Positions 46,101-54,049 of a stretch of 64,000 nt of DNA are shown here, piece by piece. Position 1 is the first letter of the stretch; each line of letters opens with the position of its first letter. The DNA is from Gemmatimonadaceae bacterium (GTDB lineage: Bacteria > Gemmatimonadota > Gemmatimonadetes > Gemmatimonadales > Gemmatimonadaceae). Below the pieces are notes generated by a model. The model did no database searches and was not told the DNA's origin. It saw only the letters and a program-made list of their open reading frames with translations. Location: contig JACMLX010000187.1 of the NCBI GenBank assembly GCA_014379355.1, forward strand, positions 9,037 to 73,036, read 5' to 3'. Both the position numbers and the translations under genes were made by a program.

Positions 46101-46222
46101 TGCTCCTGAGCCGACTCGTGACGCCGGTGCTGTACAAGCTCCTGCCACCCGGACTGTCGAGTGAGCGGTCTGTTGCGATGGAATCGCGGCCGACAGTTCA
46201 GGGTGCGATTCCGGCAACGTGA
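43154..46222 (+). CDS. RND (AcrB/CzcA superfamily) efflux permease
   Basis: 1022 aa with a 12-TM pattern and two large periplasmic loops. Motifs include GLLVDDSIVVVENI and ALIGIEIKNSLLLVDY. The start overlaps the adaptor stop (ATGA). Confidence 0.9.
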   Translation: MKLIDYFVKNAQLTIVLLIALLAAGAQAFMTIPRAEDPLIDFPGFTVVAVYPGAGPNDVEQLIATPIEKRLKELTNVKSIKTQITDGLAVIFIEFNTGSVPREKKDDVLREVNQLRSTLPQELALLDVISNNTGDVNILQYALESPTAPYATLDARSRALKDRLAAVPGIRKVERVGAPLREVQVSLDLGRLSALHVPLPAVLGALGSESANVPGGTVNISTRQFVVKTSGSFTSLDQVRNTVVGASGSAVVHLRDVATVQWGYADATHIARHNGERAVFIAASMQDGANISDVQPMAEAAARDFEAELPAGITLARPFDQSANVQNRLGRLVEDFGIAIALVLITLLPLGLRAAGVVMVSIPLSLAVGTVLLHSFGFTLNQLTIVGFVIALGLLVDDSIVVVENIARFLRRGMSRTEAAITATRQITPAILGATGTLIFAFVPLMLLPGGPGDYIRSLPAAVIATILASLVVSLAIIPFLASVVMPRTSDEHGNAVLRWLQHVIEVSYTPVLHRALAHPRRTLVSAAALFAGAIALVPLIGFSLFPKAGIPQFRVTIAMPNDATLAQTDSAARFVERTLMARSSMEHVMTNVGHGNPFVYYNVPPVNDQANFAEVVAKVKVFDPAHTPQMFDTLRTIFDAYPEGRIAVREYENGPPLEAPIAIRFIGANLDTLRTIAARFERVLSAIPGTRDVDNPLGSSKTNVRVLGVQVVDIDKVVRLGLAGVPAGRIQDTDGEAYDVTARLARIGRATPAALQQLYVPSQSGAQVPLAQVSSLALERTLPRIQHFDTERSITVTSQVRTGFNTDRLTRIAMDSLQTWNLPSGYRWVAAGEIESRQESFGGFGGAILIATFGILTVLILEFKTFKSMLIVASVIPLGVIGGMVGLFVSGYTLSFTAMIGFVALIGIEIKNSLLLVDYTNQLREAGADLDHAIEEAGRVRFLPIVLTTATAIGGLLPLALQGSSLYSPLAIVIIGGLISSLLLSRLVTPVLYKLLPPGLSSERSVAMESRPTVQGAIPAT

Positions 46223-46242
46223 GCGGTTTGAGACTCGCGAGC

Positions 46243-46574
46243 CTTTGGATGTAGAGGTCGGGAAGGCCGGAGAGTGCGTCGGTTGCAATGCTCCGTGATG
46301 TTCGTGGCGTCCGTGACTTTTTTTGGAGGGGGAGCGCACGGAGCGCACGGAGGGTGCGCAGATCTCAGGGTCGGCTCATCGCGCATCGATGATTTTTTGT
46401 GAACTGCAGTTCCAGCAAAAAGTGAGCGATGCCTCGCGCCACGCGGATCGTTGCAACCAGCGCACTCAGTGCGCTCCGTGAGCTCTACATCCAAAAAAAG
46501 TCAGCGATGCATCGAACTGCAGGGATCGCTGCAACAAGCGCACTATCCGGCCTCCCCGTCCTCTACCCCAAGAG
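46243..46574. repeat. large palindromic intergenic repeat, copy B (same family as 21874-22217)
   Basis: The outer arms 46243-46278 and 46539-46574 are reverse complements (CTTTGGATGTAGAGGTCGGGAAGGCCGGAGAGTGCG). A ~60-bp subunit (CCAAAAAAAGTCA...TTGCAAC..GCGCACT..CCGGC) occurs once inverted (about 46266-46325) and twice direct (about 46416-46475 and 46491-46551). The interior is shared with copy A. Confidence 0.8.
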
Positions 46575-46599
46575 CATTTCGGCCCGCACACGAAAGAGC

Positions 46600-46875
46600 T
46601 CAACGCTCAGCGTACCCCTCGACCTTGAGCGATTCGACGATGCGTGCTCGCAGGGCATGTGCTTCGCCGGCGAGCGGCACGGCGGATGGCACGAGATCCA
46701 GCACACGACGGGCGAACGCGAAGTGGCTTGCGCAATTCCGGCACGTCTCGATGTGCCAATACACTGACGCCTCGGTCGCCATCGGCAGGCGGCCGTCGAG
46801 GTAGTCGTAGAGTGCGCGCGCGGCGGCTTCACATTCGATCAGCGCGGGCGATCCGCGCTCGTCAGTCGTCGTCAT
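46600..46875 (-). CDS. zinc-binding anti-sigma factor (ZAS, RsrA-like, cytoplasmic)
   Basis: 91 aa with no TM segment. It has the H-x3-C-x2-C motif in WHIETCRNC plus an upstream Cys (LIECEAA). Its start overlaps the stop of the ECF sigma gene (ATGA). Confidence 0.75.
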   Translation of the reverse strand: MTTTDERGSPALIECEAAARALYDYLDGRLPMATEASVYWHIETCRNCASHFAFARRVLDLVPSAVPLAGEAHALRARIVESLKVEGYAER

Positions 46876-47462
46876 CCTGCTCCCGGACCTGGTGGTGCCG
46901 GCGTGCGGACGATGCCGGCATCGACGGCGTACTTGAACAACGACTGCTGCAACAGCCGACGCGCGCGGAACAACCGCGAACGCACGGTGCCGACCGGTAC
47001 TCCCAGTACTTCGGCCGCGGCTTCGTACGACTCGCCCTCGACATCCACGAGGATCACCGCCGTCCGGTACACCTCGGGCACTGCGGCCAGCGCTGAGCGA
47101 ATGGCCGGCGCCACCTCGATGCGGTCCAGCAGGTCACCCAGACCACTGCGTTCGGCCTGACCGTGCTCCACCGCCGCGGCGAGGGACTCCAGCTCAGCGT
47201 CCTCGCCGGAGGTATCGACGACACGGCTTTCGCGTTCCCGGTGCCGGAGATACACGTTCCGGCAGATGGTGAACAGCCAGCGTCGTGCGTCCGCGCCGGC
47301 CCTGAACGTCGCCCACGACCGGTACGCGCGCAGATACGTCTCCTGCACCAGGTCGTCGGCCAGCGCGTCGTCGTGCGCGAGCGCACGTGCGAAGCGCACG
47401 ACGTGTGGCAGCGCGGCAAGCACCTGCGCATCGAAGGCCGCGTCGCGTTCGAGCTCCGTCAC
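46872..47462 (-). CDS. ECF-type RNA polymerase sigma-70 family factor
   Basis: Region 2 (DDLVQETYLRAYRSW...WLFTICRNVYL) and region 4 (YRTAVILVDVEGESYEAAAEVLGVPVGTVRSRLFRARRLL). The start is placed at GTG 47460-47462, which overlaps the TGA of the upstream gene. The longest ORF reaches 47519. Confidence 0.85.
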   Translation of the reverse strand: MTELERDAAFDAQVLAALPHVVRFARALAHDDALADDLVQETYLRAYRSWATFRAGADARRWLFTICRNVYLRHRERESRVVDTSGEDAELESLAAAVEHGQAERSGLGDLLDRIEVAPAIRSALAAVPEVYRTAVILVDVEGESYEAAAEVLGVPVGTVRSRLFRARRLLQQSLFKYAVDAGIVRTPAPPGPGAG

Positions 47463-48478
47463 AGCCCGACCCCGCTGCCCGGCTTCTCGCGCCGATATGC
47501 GCGCAAGTCGTGCCACCACTGGACGCAGGCCGCCTCGATCGCCGCCGACGCGTTCGCGAGTCGCGCGGGTCCTGCGCCGCTGATGCGCACCCAGGGCTTG
47601 CCGAGCCGCTCGAGATGGAACATGAGGCGATCGTGAAACCAGTCGCGATCACTCGCCATCACGCGCACACCGTCCGCTACCCATGCGATGTCCGGATCGC
47701 AGAGCAGATACAGGTCGATCGGTTGCCTGGCGGCGACTTCCCAGACGTGCGCCGGCACCGGCTGCCGCAGCCACTCGGTCCAGATCGCGGTCACGATCGC
47801 TTCCGTGTCACTCACGCAGAGCCCGCGCGCGCGGCGCTGTGCGTCGCGGATGAGCACCTGCTGCCCATCAGTCACCAGCGTCGCATCGAGTTCGGTCCAG
47901 TGGTGGTGCGGCACGCCGGTGGTGTATGTGCGACCGTATTCGTCCACCCATGCCGTGTCGTAGGCATGTGCGATCTGTTCCGACAGCGTCGACTTGCCGA
48001 CACTTTCGCCACCCACCAGTGCCACCGTTCGCACGAACCACGGACGCACGGCCGGCGCGAGCAGATCCCAGTGCTGCCACGGATTCTCGCGGATCCGACC
48101 ACCGCGCACATCGTCGCGACTCCGGTCCACATGCACGAACTCCGCGCCCAATCCGGCCGCGATCCCGAAATGATCCGGATCGCCGGCGAACACGTGAGTC
48201 ACATCCGGCGCCAATTCGTCGAGCGCGGCGATCCAGGCGCTGGTCGAGGCGCTCTCCTCACCGGGGCGCGGCGGCAGCGTGGCTTCCGGCACGACCACAC
48301 GGGCCCACGGGCAGCTCTCCACCAGCCAGCGCCAGCGCACATCCCACGGGATCGGATCGTCCCATCGCCGCTCGAGCACGATCGTGGTGCGGGAACAGCG
48401 TTGCCGGGCGGCATCGAAGAGAGCGAGATGGCCTCGGTGCACCGGCAGGAATTTGCCGACCAGCAGCGCGTGAGACAT
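47459..48478 (-). CDS. nadR: NadR-type bifunctional NMN adenylyltransferase / ribosylnicotinamide kinase (no N-terminal HTH)
   Basis: Start at MSHALLVGKFLPVHRGHLALF (the nucleotidyltransferase G-x-F-x-P-x-H-x-G-H motif). The second half has the P-loop VALVGGESVGKSTL. These are the C-terminal 339 codons of track ORF 47459..49564. Confidence 0.75.
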   Translation of the reverse strand: MSHALLVGKFLPVHRGHLALFDAARQRCSRTTIVLERRWDDPIPWDVRWRWLVESCPWARVVVPEATLPPRPGEESASTSAWIAALDELAPDVTHVFAGDPDHFGIAAGLGAEFVHVDRSRDDVRGGRIRENPWQHWDLLAPAVRPWFVRTVALVGGESVGKSTLSEQIAHAYDTAWVDEYGRTYTTGVPHHHWTELDATLVTDGQQVLIRDAQRRARGLCVSDTEAIVTAIWTEWLRQPVPAHVWEVAARQPIDLYLLCDPDIAWVADGVRVMASDRDWFHDRLMFHLERLGKPWVRISGAGPARLANASAAIEAACVQWWHDLRAYRREKPGSGVGL

Positions 48479-48565
48479 CAGCTCGGGGCGAAGGGCTCGT
48501 GACCGCCAGCGGAAACCGTGCGGCGGCAGTGTCCGGAAGGTGCCGGACGCCAGCGCGGAATCTAC

Positions 48566-48590
48566 GACGCGGTGGAGTGTGCGGAATTCC
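48566..48590 (-). promoter_or_regulatory. candidate ECF-type promoter GGAAT-N16-CGTC upstream of the nadR-like gene
   Basis: The minus strand reads GGAATTCCGCACACTCCACCGCGTCGT about 90-110 nt upstream of the nadR-like start. It resembles the generic ECF -35 GGAA(C/T) and -10 CGT(C/T). This is motif resemblance only. Confidence 0.25.
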
Positions 48591-48691
48591 GGGGGTCGAT
48601 CGTCCTCCGCTCGGCAGCCGGCGTGGCCGACACTCGCAGTCGTTCGCCGGCCCGCGTGTGTCGCCCCTGTGCCCAAAAGATCCCGACGCTG

Positions 48692-50134
48692 ATGACTGTT
48701 CAGATCCAGACCGTTTCGCCCTCCGCACGGCCGACGACACCCGTCTTCGCGCCATTGCAGCAGGCGGACACCTCGGCGATTCCGATCGCCGAACTGCTGG
48801 CGGCGTTGTCGCACGCACTCGATCTCACCGAGGGTGCACCGGCCGGGCACACACTGCGCAGCTGCATGATCGCCATGCGCATCGCCGACAGCATCGGACT
48901 TGGCAACGAGGACCGGACCGCGCTGTACTACGCCATGCTGCTGAAGGACGCCGGCTGTTCCAGCAACGCCGCGCGCATCACTGAGTTGTTCGGCACCGAC
49001 GATCACGACGTCAAGCCGCGCATGAAGATCGTCGACGCGAACAAGAAGATCCGACTGGCGATCGAGACGTTCCGTTCGGCCGGTGGCAGCGGTGGGTTCC
49101 GCAGCCGCATCTCGCACTTCATGGGCATCGCACGCGGCGGCGGCGTGACGCGCGAGCTGATCTCGATTCGCTGCGAACGCGGTGCGAACATCGCGCGCCA
49201 GATGGGGTTTCCCGAGCTGACGGCGAGCGCGATTCATTCGCTCGACGAACACTGGAATGGTGCCGGACATCCCGAAGGCCTGAAGGAGCGCGCCATTCCA
49301 CTGCTGGCGCGTATCGCGAACCTGGCGCAGACCGTCGATATCTTCTTCGGCGCGCATGGCATCGACGCGACCATGAGGATGGTGAGCGATCGCCGCAAGA
49401 CGTGGTTCGATCCGCAGCTGGCCGACCTCGTGGTCAAGTGGCGCAAGGACAACGAGTGGTGGCAGTGGTTGCGCGAATCGGCGCCCGAGATCGAGGTGAC
49501 CGCCCTCGAACCCTCCGATCCGCAGCGCGTCGTCCCGAGCAGCGGGCTCGATCTGGTGGCGCAATCCTTCGCCGACATCGTCGACGCCAAGTCACCGTTC
49601 ACCTATCGCCACAGCACGAACGTGTCACGATGGGCACGCGCCATTGGCGCCAAGTTCTACGCCGATGAACCCACGCTCACGCGCCTGTCGCGCGCCGGCC
49701 TGCTGCACGACATCGGCAAGCTGGGTGTGTCGAACACGATCCTCGACAAGAACGGCCCGCTCTTCGACGAGGAGCGTACGCTGATGCAGGCGCATCCAGT
49801 GCACACGTGGGAGATCCTGCGGCGGGTGCGCGCCTTCTCGGAGTTCGCGAAGATGGCGTCACTGCATCACGAGAAGCTCGATGGCACCGGGTATCCGTGG
49901 AAAGTGCCGGCCGAAGGGCTCGATCTGCAGGCGCGAATCCTCATCGTCTCCGACATCTTCGAGGCGCTCACCGCGGATCGTCCGTATCGTGTCGGCATGC
50001 CGATCGAGGCGGCCCTCGCACTGCTGAACAAGGACCGCGGCAAGAAGCTCGACGCCATGGTGCTGGACGCCCTCGAACAGGCGAGCACCGAGATGCCGCT
50101 GCAGGCGCCCGAGGCGACGGAACGCGCGGCCTGA
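48692..50134 (+). CDS. tandem HD-GYP domain protein (degenerate N-terminal module plus canonical C-terminal c-di-GMP phosphodiesterase-type module)
   Basis: Start at MTVQIQTVSP. The N-terminal module has GHTLRSCMIAMRIA...AMLLKDAGC...SLDEHWNGAGHPEGL, where HD is replaced by KD and GYP by GHP. The C-terminal module has AGLLHDIGKLGV...LHHEKLDGTGYPWKV...SDIFEALTADRPYR. Confidence 0.8.
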   Translation: MTVQIQTVSPSARPTTPVFAPLQQADTSAIPIAELLAALSHALDLTEGAPAGHTLRSCMIAMRIADSIGLGNEDRTALYYAMLLKDAGCSSNAARITELFGTDDHDVKPRMKIVDANKKIRLAIETFRSAGGSGGFRSRISHFMGIARGGGVTRELISIRCERGANIARQMGFPELTASAIHSLDEHWNGAGHPEGLKERAIPLLARIANLAQTVDIFFGAHGIDATMRMVSDRRKTWFDPQLADLVVKWRKDNEWWQWLRESAPEIEVTALEPSDPQRVVPSSGLDLVAQSFADIVDAKSPFTYRHSTNVSRWARAIGAKFYADEPTLTRLSRAGLLHDIGKLGVSNTILDKNGPLFDEERTLMQAHPVHTWEILRRVRAFSEFAKMASLHHEKLDGTGYPWKVPAEGLDLQARILIVSDIFEALTADRPYRVGMPIEAALALLNKDRGKKLDAMVLDALEQASTEMPLQAPEATERAA

Positions 50135-50213
50135 CGTTCCATGGGTCGATTCTGGGGCCTGGGCAGCACATCTTGCCTGCTGCCCTGCCCAGTCTCGAAC
50201 CCCGCGTTCCATC

Positions 50214-52745
50214 ATGGCCCAGCCCCCGATCACCGTCCACAAGTTCGGCGGTGCCGCACTCGCAGACCTGCACGCCTTCCGTCACGCCGCGGCGATCATC
50301 GCCACGCACGGCGGTGAACACCCGGTCATCGTCGTTTCCGCGATGCGCGGTGTCACCGACGCGCTCGGAATCGCCGCCAGCAGTCCGCCGGCCAGGGCGC
50401 GTGCCACGCTGGCATCGCTCGAAAGCCGACATCGTGCGGTGGCCACCGGGCTGACGCGTGATGGGTCGGCTCGCGCCGCGCTGTACGCCACCATTGCGAA
50501 CGTCTTCAAGGACGCGACGAAGATCTGCGCCGGGCGCCGCACCGGCGCGCTCGAGGCGGCGCAGCTCGACTTCGTGATGTCACGCGGCGAAATCCTCGCT
50601 GCCGCACTCTTCGTCGCGGCGCTCGAGCAGCGCGAACTGAAGGCCATCGGCATCGATGCCACGAAGCTCGTCTACACGGACGGCATCGCCGGCAGTGCGG
50701 CACCCGACGTCGCGAAAACGACGGCCGCCGCAGCGACGCTGCTCCTGCCGCGTGTGAAGAAGGGCTTCATTCCCGTCGTGCCGGGATTCTTCGGACGCGG
50801 CAGGAAGGGCGCCGTCGTCACGCTCGGGCGCGGCGGTACCGACGTGACTGCGACGCTCATGGCGCGTGTCCTGCACGCGCACACGGTGATGTTGTGGAAG
50901 GACGTGCCGGGCTTGCTCACGGCCGATCCACGTGTCGTCCCCGACGCGCGACTGATTCCATCGCTGCATGTGCGCGAGGCATCCGAACTGGCGTATCACG
51001 GCGCGAAGATCCTGCATCCCCGCGCGCTGATCGGACTTCCGGCCAACACGCGACTCTTCCTGCGCCCGCTCGCCGATCCGACGGCAATGGGCACCGAGAT
51101 TTCCGCGTTCGCGACGGCCGGTGTGACGAAGCGCGGCATGCCGGCGCTGCCGGTCAAGGCGCTGGCCGTGATCAGCGACCAGGCACTGGTGACGATCGTC
51201 GGCAACGGCATGGCCGGCCTGCCTGGCGTCGCGGCGCGCGCGCTCGGTGCGCTCGAGCAGATGGGAATCTCGGTGTCCCTCATTTCGATGGCGTCGTCGG
51301 AGCACTCGCTCTGCATCGCGGTGCCCGGTTCGATGGCCACGGCAGTCGCGACGCGCTGGAAGGACGTGTTCAGCGCCGAGATCGCACGCCGGGACATCGA
51401 GCGCGTCGAGGTACGCCGGAAGGTGGCGACGCTCGCGATCGTCGGACTTGGCATGGCCGGTACGCCCGGTGTCTCGGCGCGATTGTTCGATGCGCTGGCG
51501 CTGAGCCGGATCAACGTCGTCGCGATCGCGCAGGGTGCCTCGGAAATGAACATCTCCGTCGTGATCGACGAGCGCGCGGCGGCGCAGGCGCAGCGTGCCG
51601 TGCATGCGGCGTTCCGACTCGACAAGATCGGCGGTGGTGACGCGGGCACACGTCAACACGCGGACGTGATCGTGCTCGGCTTCGGCCTCATCGGACGCGA
51701 ACTGGCCTTGCAGCTGGCACGGCGTCGCACACCCGACGGCGGCCGCCTCACCGCGCCGGTGCGCGTCGTGGCAGTCATCGATCGGAGCGGCTACGTGTTC
51801 GATCCACGTGGCCTGACACCGAAAAAACTGATGGCGCTGGCCGAGGCGAAAGCAGCCGGCCGACCTCTCGCACAACAGGCCGACGGCGTGCGTGCGACCG
51901 ACGAAGTCGCGCTGCGTGCCATCGCCACGCACGCGCTCGAGCGTCCGATCGTCGTGGACGTGACGGCGTCCGAGACGTCACCGACGCTCGAGGTGGCGAT
52001 TGCCGCCGGCATGGACCTGGTGCTTGCCAACAAGCGACCGCTCGTCACGAGTGGCCGCAACGGCAAGGGTCTCGCGAAGCTCGCGGCCTCGCGCGGCCGC
52101 CGCATGCTGCACGAGGCCACAGTCGGTGCAGGGTTGCCCGTCATCGACACGATCAACAAACTGGTGGCATCCGGCGATCGCATCCTGCAGATCGAGGGCT
52201 GCCCATCCGGCACACTCGGATTCCTCTTCAGCGAGATGTCACGCGGGACGCAGTTCTCCATCGCGTTGCAGTCGGCGATGGCGAAGGGGTACACCGAGCC
52301 GGATCCGCGCGACGACCTCTCCGGCATGGATGTCGCGCGCAAGGCTTTGATCCTTGGACGCCTGCTCGGCTACACCGGCGAGCTGCGGGATATCAAGGTG
52401 GAGTCACTCGTGCCGGTGCCGATGCGAAAGCTTCCACTCGCGGATTTCCTCACGCGTGCCGGCGAGCTGGATGTCGAGTGGTCGGAGCGCGTACGTGAAG
52501 CGCAGGCGCGCGGTGAAGTACTGCGCTATCGCATCATCGTCACGAACCGGACGGTGCGCGTCGGCGTCGTGGCCGTCGACGCGAGCAGTCCGCTCGGATC
52601 ACTCGGCGGCACGGACAACCTCTTCTCGTTCACGACCACCCGCTACCAGACGAATCCGCTCGTGATCACGGGCCCTGGTGCCGGCGCCGGCGTGACCGCA
52701 GCCGGTGTCTTCACTGATGTGCTCACACTGGCGGAGCAGCGATGA
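50214..52745 (+). CDS. thrA: bifunctional aspartate kinase / homoserine dehydrogenase
   Basis: 843 aa. The aspartokinase N-terminus is VHKFGGAALAD...VVVSAMRGVTDAL, followed by ACT-like repeats. The homoserine dehydrogenase C-terminus has LANKRPLV and EATVGAGLPVIDT. Confidence 0.9.
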   Translation: MAQPPITVHKFGGAALADLHAFRHAAAIIATHGGEHPVIVVSAMRGVTDALGIAASSPPARARATLASLESRHRAVATGLTRDGSARAALYATIANVFKDATKICAGRRTGALEAAQLDFVMSRGEILAAALFVAALEQRELKAIGIDATKLVYTDGIAGSAAPDVAKTTAAAATLLLPRVKKGFIPVVPGFFGRGRKGAVVTLGRGGTDVTATLMARVLHAHTVMLWKDVPGLLTADPRVVPDARLIPSLHVREASELAYHGAKILHPRALIGLPANTRLFLRPLADPTAMGTEISAFATAGVTKRGMPALPVKALAVISDQALVTIVGNGMAGLPGVAARALGALEQMGISVSLISMASSEHSLCIAVPGSMATAVATRWKDVFSAEIARRDIERVEVRRKVATLAIVGLGMAGTPGVSARLFDALALSRINVVAIAQGASEMNISVVIDERAAAQAQRAVHAAFRLDKIGGGDAGTRQHADVIVLGFGLIGRELALQLARRRTPDGGRLTAPVRVVAVIDRSGYVFDPRGLTPKKLMALAEAKAAGRPLAQQADGVRATDEVALRAIATHALERPIVVDVTASETSPTLEVAIAAGMDLVLANKRPLVTSGRNGKGLAKLAASRGRRMLHEATVGAGLPVIDTINKLVASGDRILQIEGCPSGTLGFLFSEMSRGTQFSIALQSAMAKGYTEPDPRDDLSGMDVARKALILGRLLGYTGELRDIKVESLVPVPMRKLPLADFLTRAGELDVEWSERVREAQARGEVLRYRIIVTNRTVRVGVVAVDASSPLGSLGGTDNLFSFTTTRYQTNPLVITGPGAGAGVTAAGVFTDVLTLAEQR

Positions 52746-54049
52746 GCGTCAGTGAGCAGGTGTGTGATGCCTGCGCAGCGCGCTTCAGCGCGATCGACGC
52801 GAAGGTCGAGTGTGCGAGGTGCGGTGGATTGCTGCACATCGAGCATCCGGAGCCGCCCGTCTGCTCCACTGCACTGCAAGCGCTGTTCGATGCTCGCCTG
52901 GTTCCATCGCGCGGTCCGCACGGTGTGAGTCCACACGATTCCGGCGTCTGGCGGTTCCGCGAATTGGTCATGCCGGGTGTCGGTGATGCGGAGATCGTGT
53001 CGCAGGGTGAAGGCATCACACCACTGCTCTCGCGTCCGCGCGTCGCGCAGTGGGCCGGTGCGGAGGATCTGCTGCTCAAGCACGAAGGGCACAATCCCAC
53101 CGGATCGTTCAAGGATCGCGGCATGACGGTGGCGCTCACGCAGGCGAAACGCATCGGCGCAACTGCAGTCGCGTGTGCCTCCACCGGCAACACGTCCTCC
53201 GCGCTGGCATCGTACGCCGCACTCGCCGGATTGCGCGGCCTCGTGCTCGTGCCGCAGGGCAAGGTGGCGCTCGGGAAATTGTCGCAGACCATTGCGTACG
53301 GTGCACAGACGCTGCTCGTGCGCGGCGACTTCGACGATTGCCTGCGACTGGCGCGCGAGTCGTCGGAACACCTCGGCGTGTATCTCGCCAACTCGATCAA
53401 TCCGTGGCGACTCGAAGGCCAGAAAACGATCATCTTCGATCTGCTGCAGCAGTTGCGGTGGCACTCGCCGGACTGGCTGGTCCTGCCGGCCGGCAATCTC
53501 GGCAACACATCCGCGTTCGGCGCGGCACTGCGCGAGGCGTTGCGCCTCGGGCTCATCGACACGGTCCCGCGACTGGCGTGTGTGCAGGCAGAAGGCAGCG
53601 CGCCGTTCGCGGCCAGCTTTCGCGAGGGATTTGCGACGCGCCACACGGTGCGCGCCGAGACCATTGCGACCGCCATCCGCATCGGCGATCCCGCGAGCTA
53701 CGATCGTGCGGTGCGTGCCATCCAGGAAACGAACGGGGTCGTGTTGTCCGTGACCGACGACGAGATACTGGAGGCGAAGGCGGTGATCGACGCGAGCGGT
53801 GTCGGATGCGAGCCGGCAAGCGCGGCGAGCGTCGCCGGTACGCGGGCACTGGTGCGAGACGGCACGATCGCGCGCGGTGCACGGGTGGTGGCGCTGCTCA
53901 CGGGCCACATGCTCAAGGATCCGGAAGTGATGCTGCACTACCATCGAGAGCTGTTCCCGGCGCCCACGCACGCCAATCGCAGCATCGAGATCGACGCGAC
54001 CCTCGCCGACATGGAGCGCGTGCTGCGTACCGCACCGGCGACCGCGTGA
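52742..54049 (+). CDS. thrC: threonine synthase (with N-terminal Cys4 zinc-ribbon)
   Basis: CDACAARF...CARCGG followed by HEGHNPTGSFKDRGMTVAL (PLP lysine). It continues with GNTSSALASYAA and a C-terminus typical of ThrC. It overlaps the thrA stop (ATGA). Confidence 0.9.
   Translation: MSVSEQVCDACAARFSAIDAKVECARCGGLLHIEHPEPPVCSTALQALFDARLVPSRGPHGVSPHDSGVWRFRELVMPGVGDAEIVSQGEGITPLLSRPRVAQWAGAEDLLLKHEGHNPTGSFKDRGMTVALTQAKRIGATAVACASTGNTSSALASYAALAGLRGLVLVPQGKVALGKLSQTIAYGAQTLLVRGDFDDCLRLARESSEHLGVYLANSINPWRLEGQKTIIFDLLQQLRWHSPDWLVLPAGNLGNTSAFGAALREALRLGLIDTVPRLACVQAEGSAPFAASFREGFATRHTVRAETIATAIRIGDPASYDRAVRAIQETNGVVLSVTDDEILEAKAVIDASGVGCEPASAASVAGTRALVRDGTIARGARVVALLTGHMLKDPEVMLHYHRELFPAPTHANRSIEIDATLADMERVLRTAPATA

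Noticed and set aside
50135-50213. A possible thr-operon leader/attenuator: alternative pairings GGGCAGCA/TGCTGCCC and CTGGGCAG/CTGCCCAG upstream of thrA.
   Set aside because: There is no Thr/Ile-rich leader peptide ORF and no U-tract after the stems. It is more simply a weak structure after the HD-GYP gene, and the evidence is insufficient.
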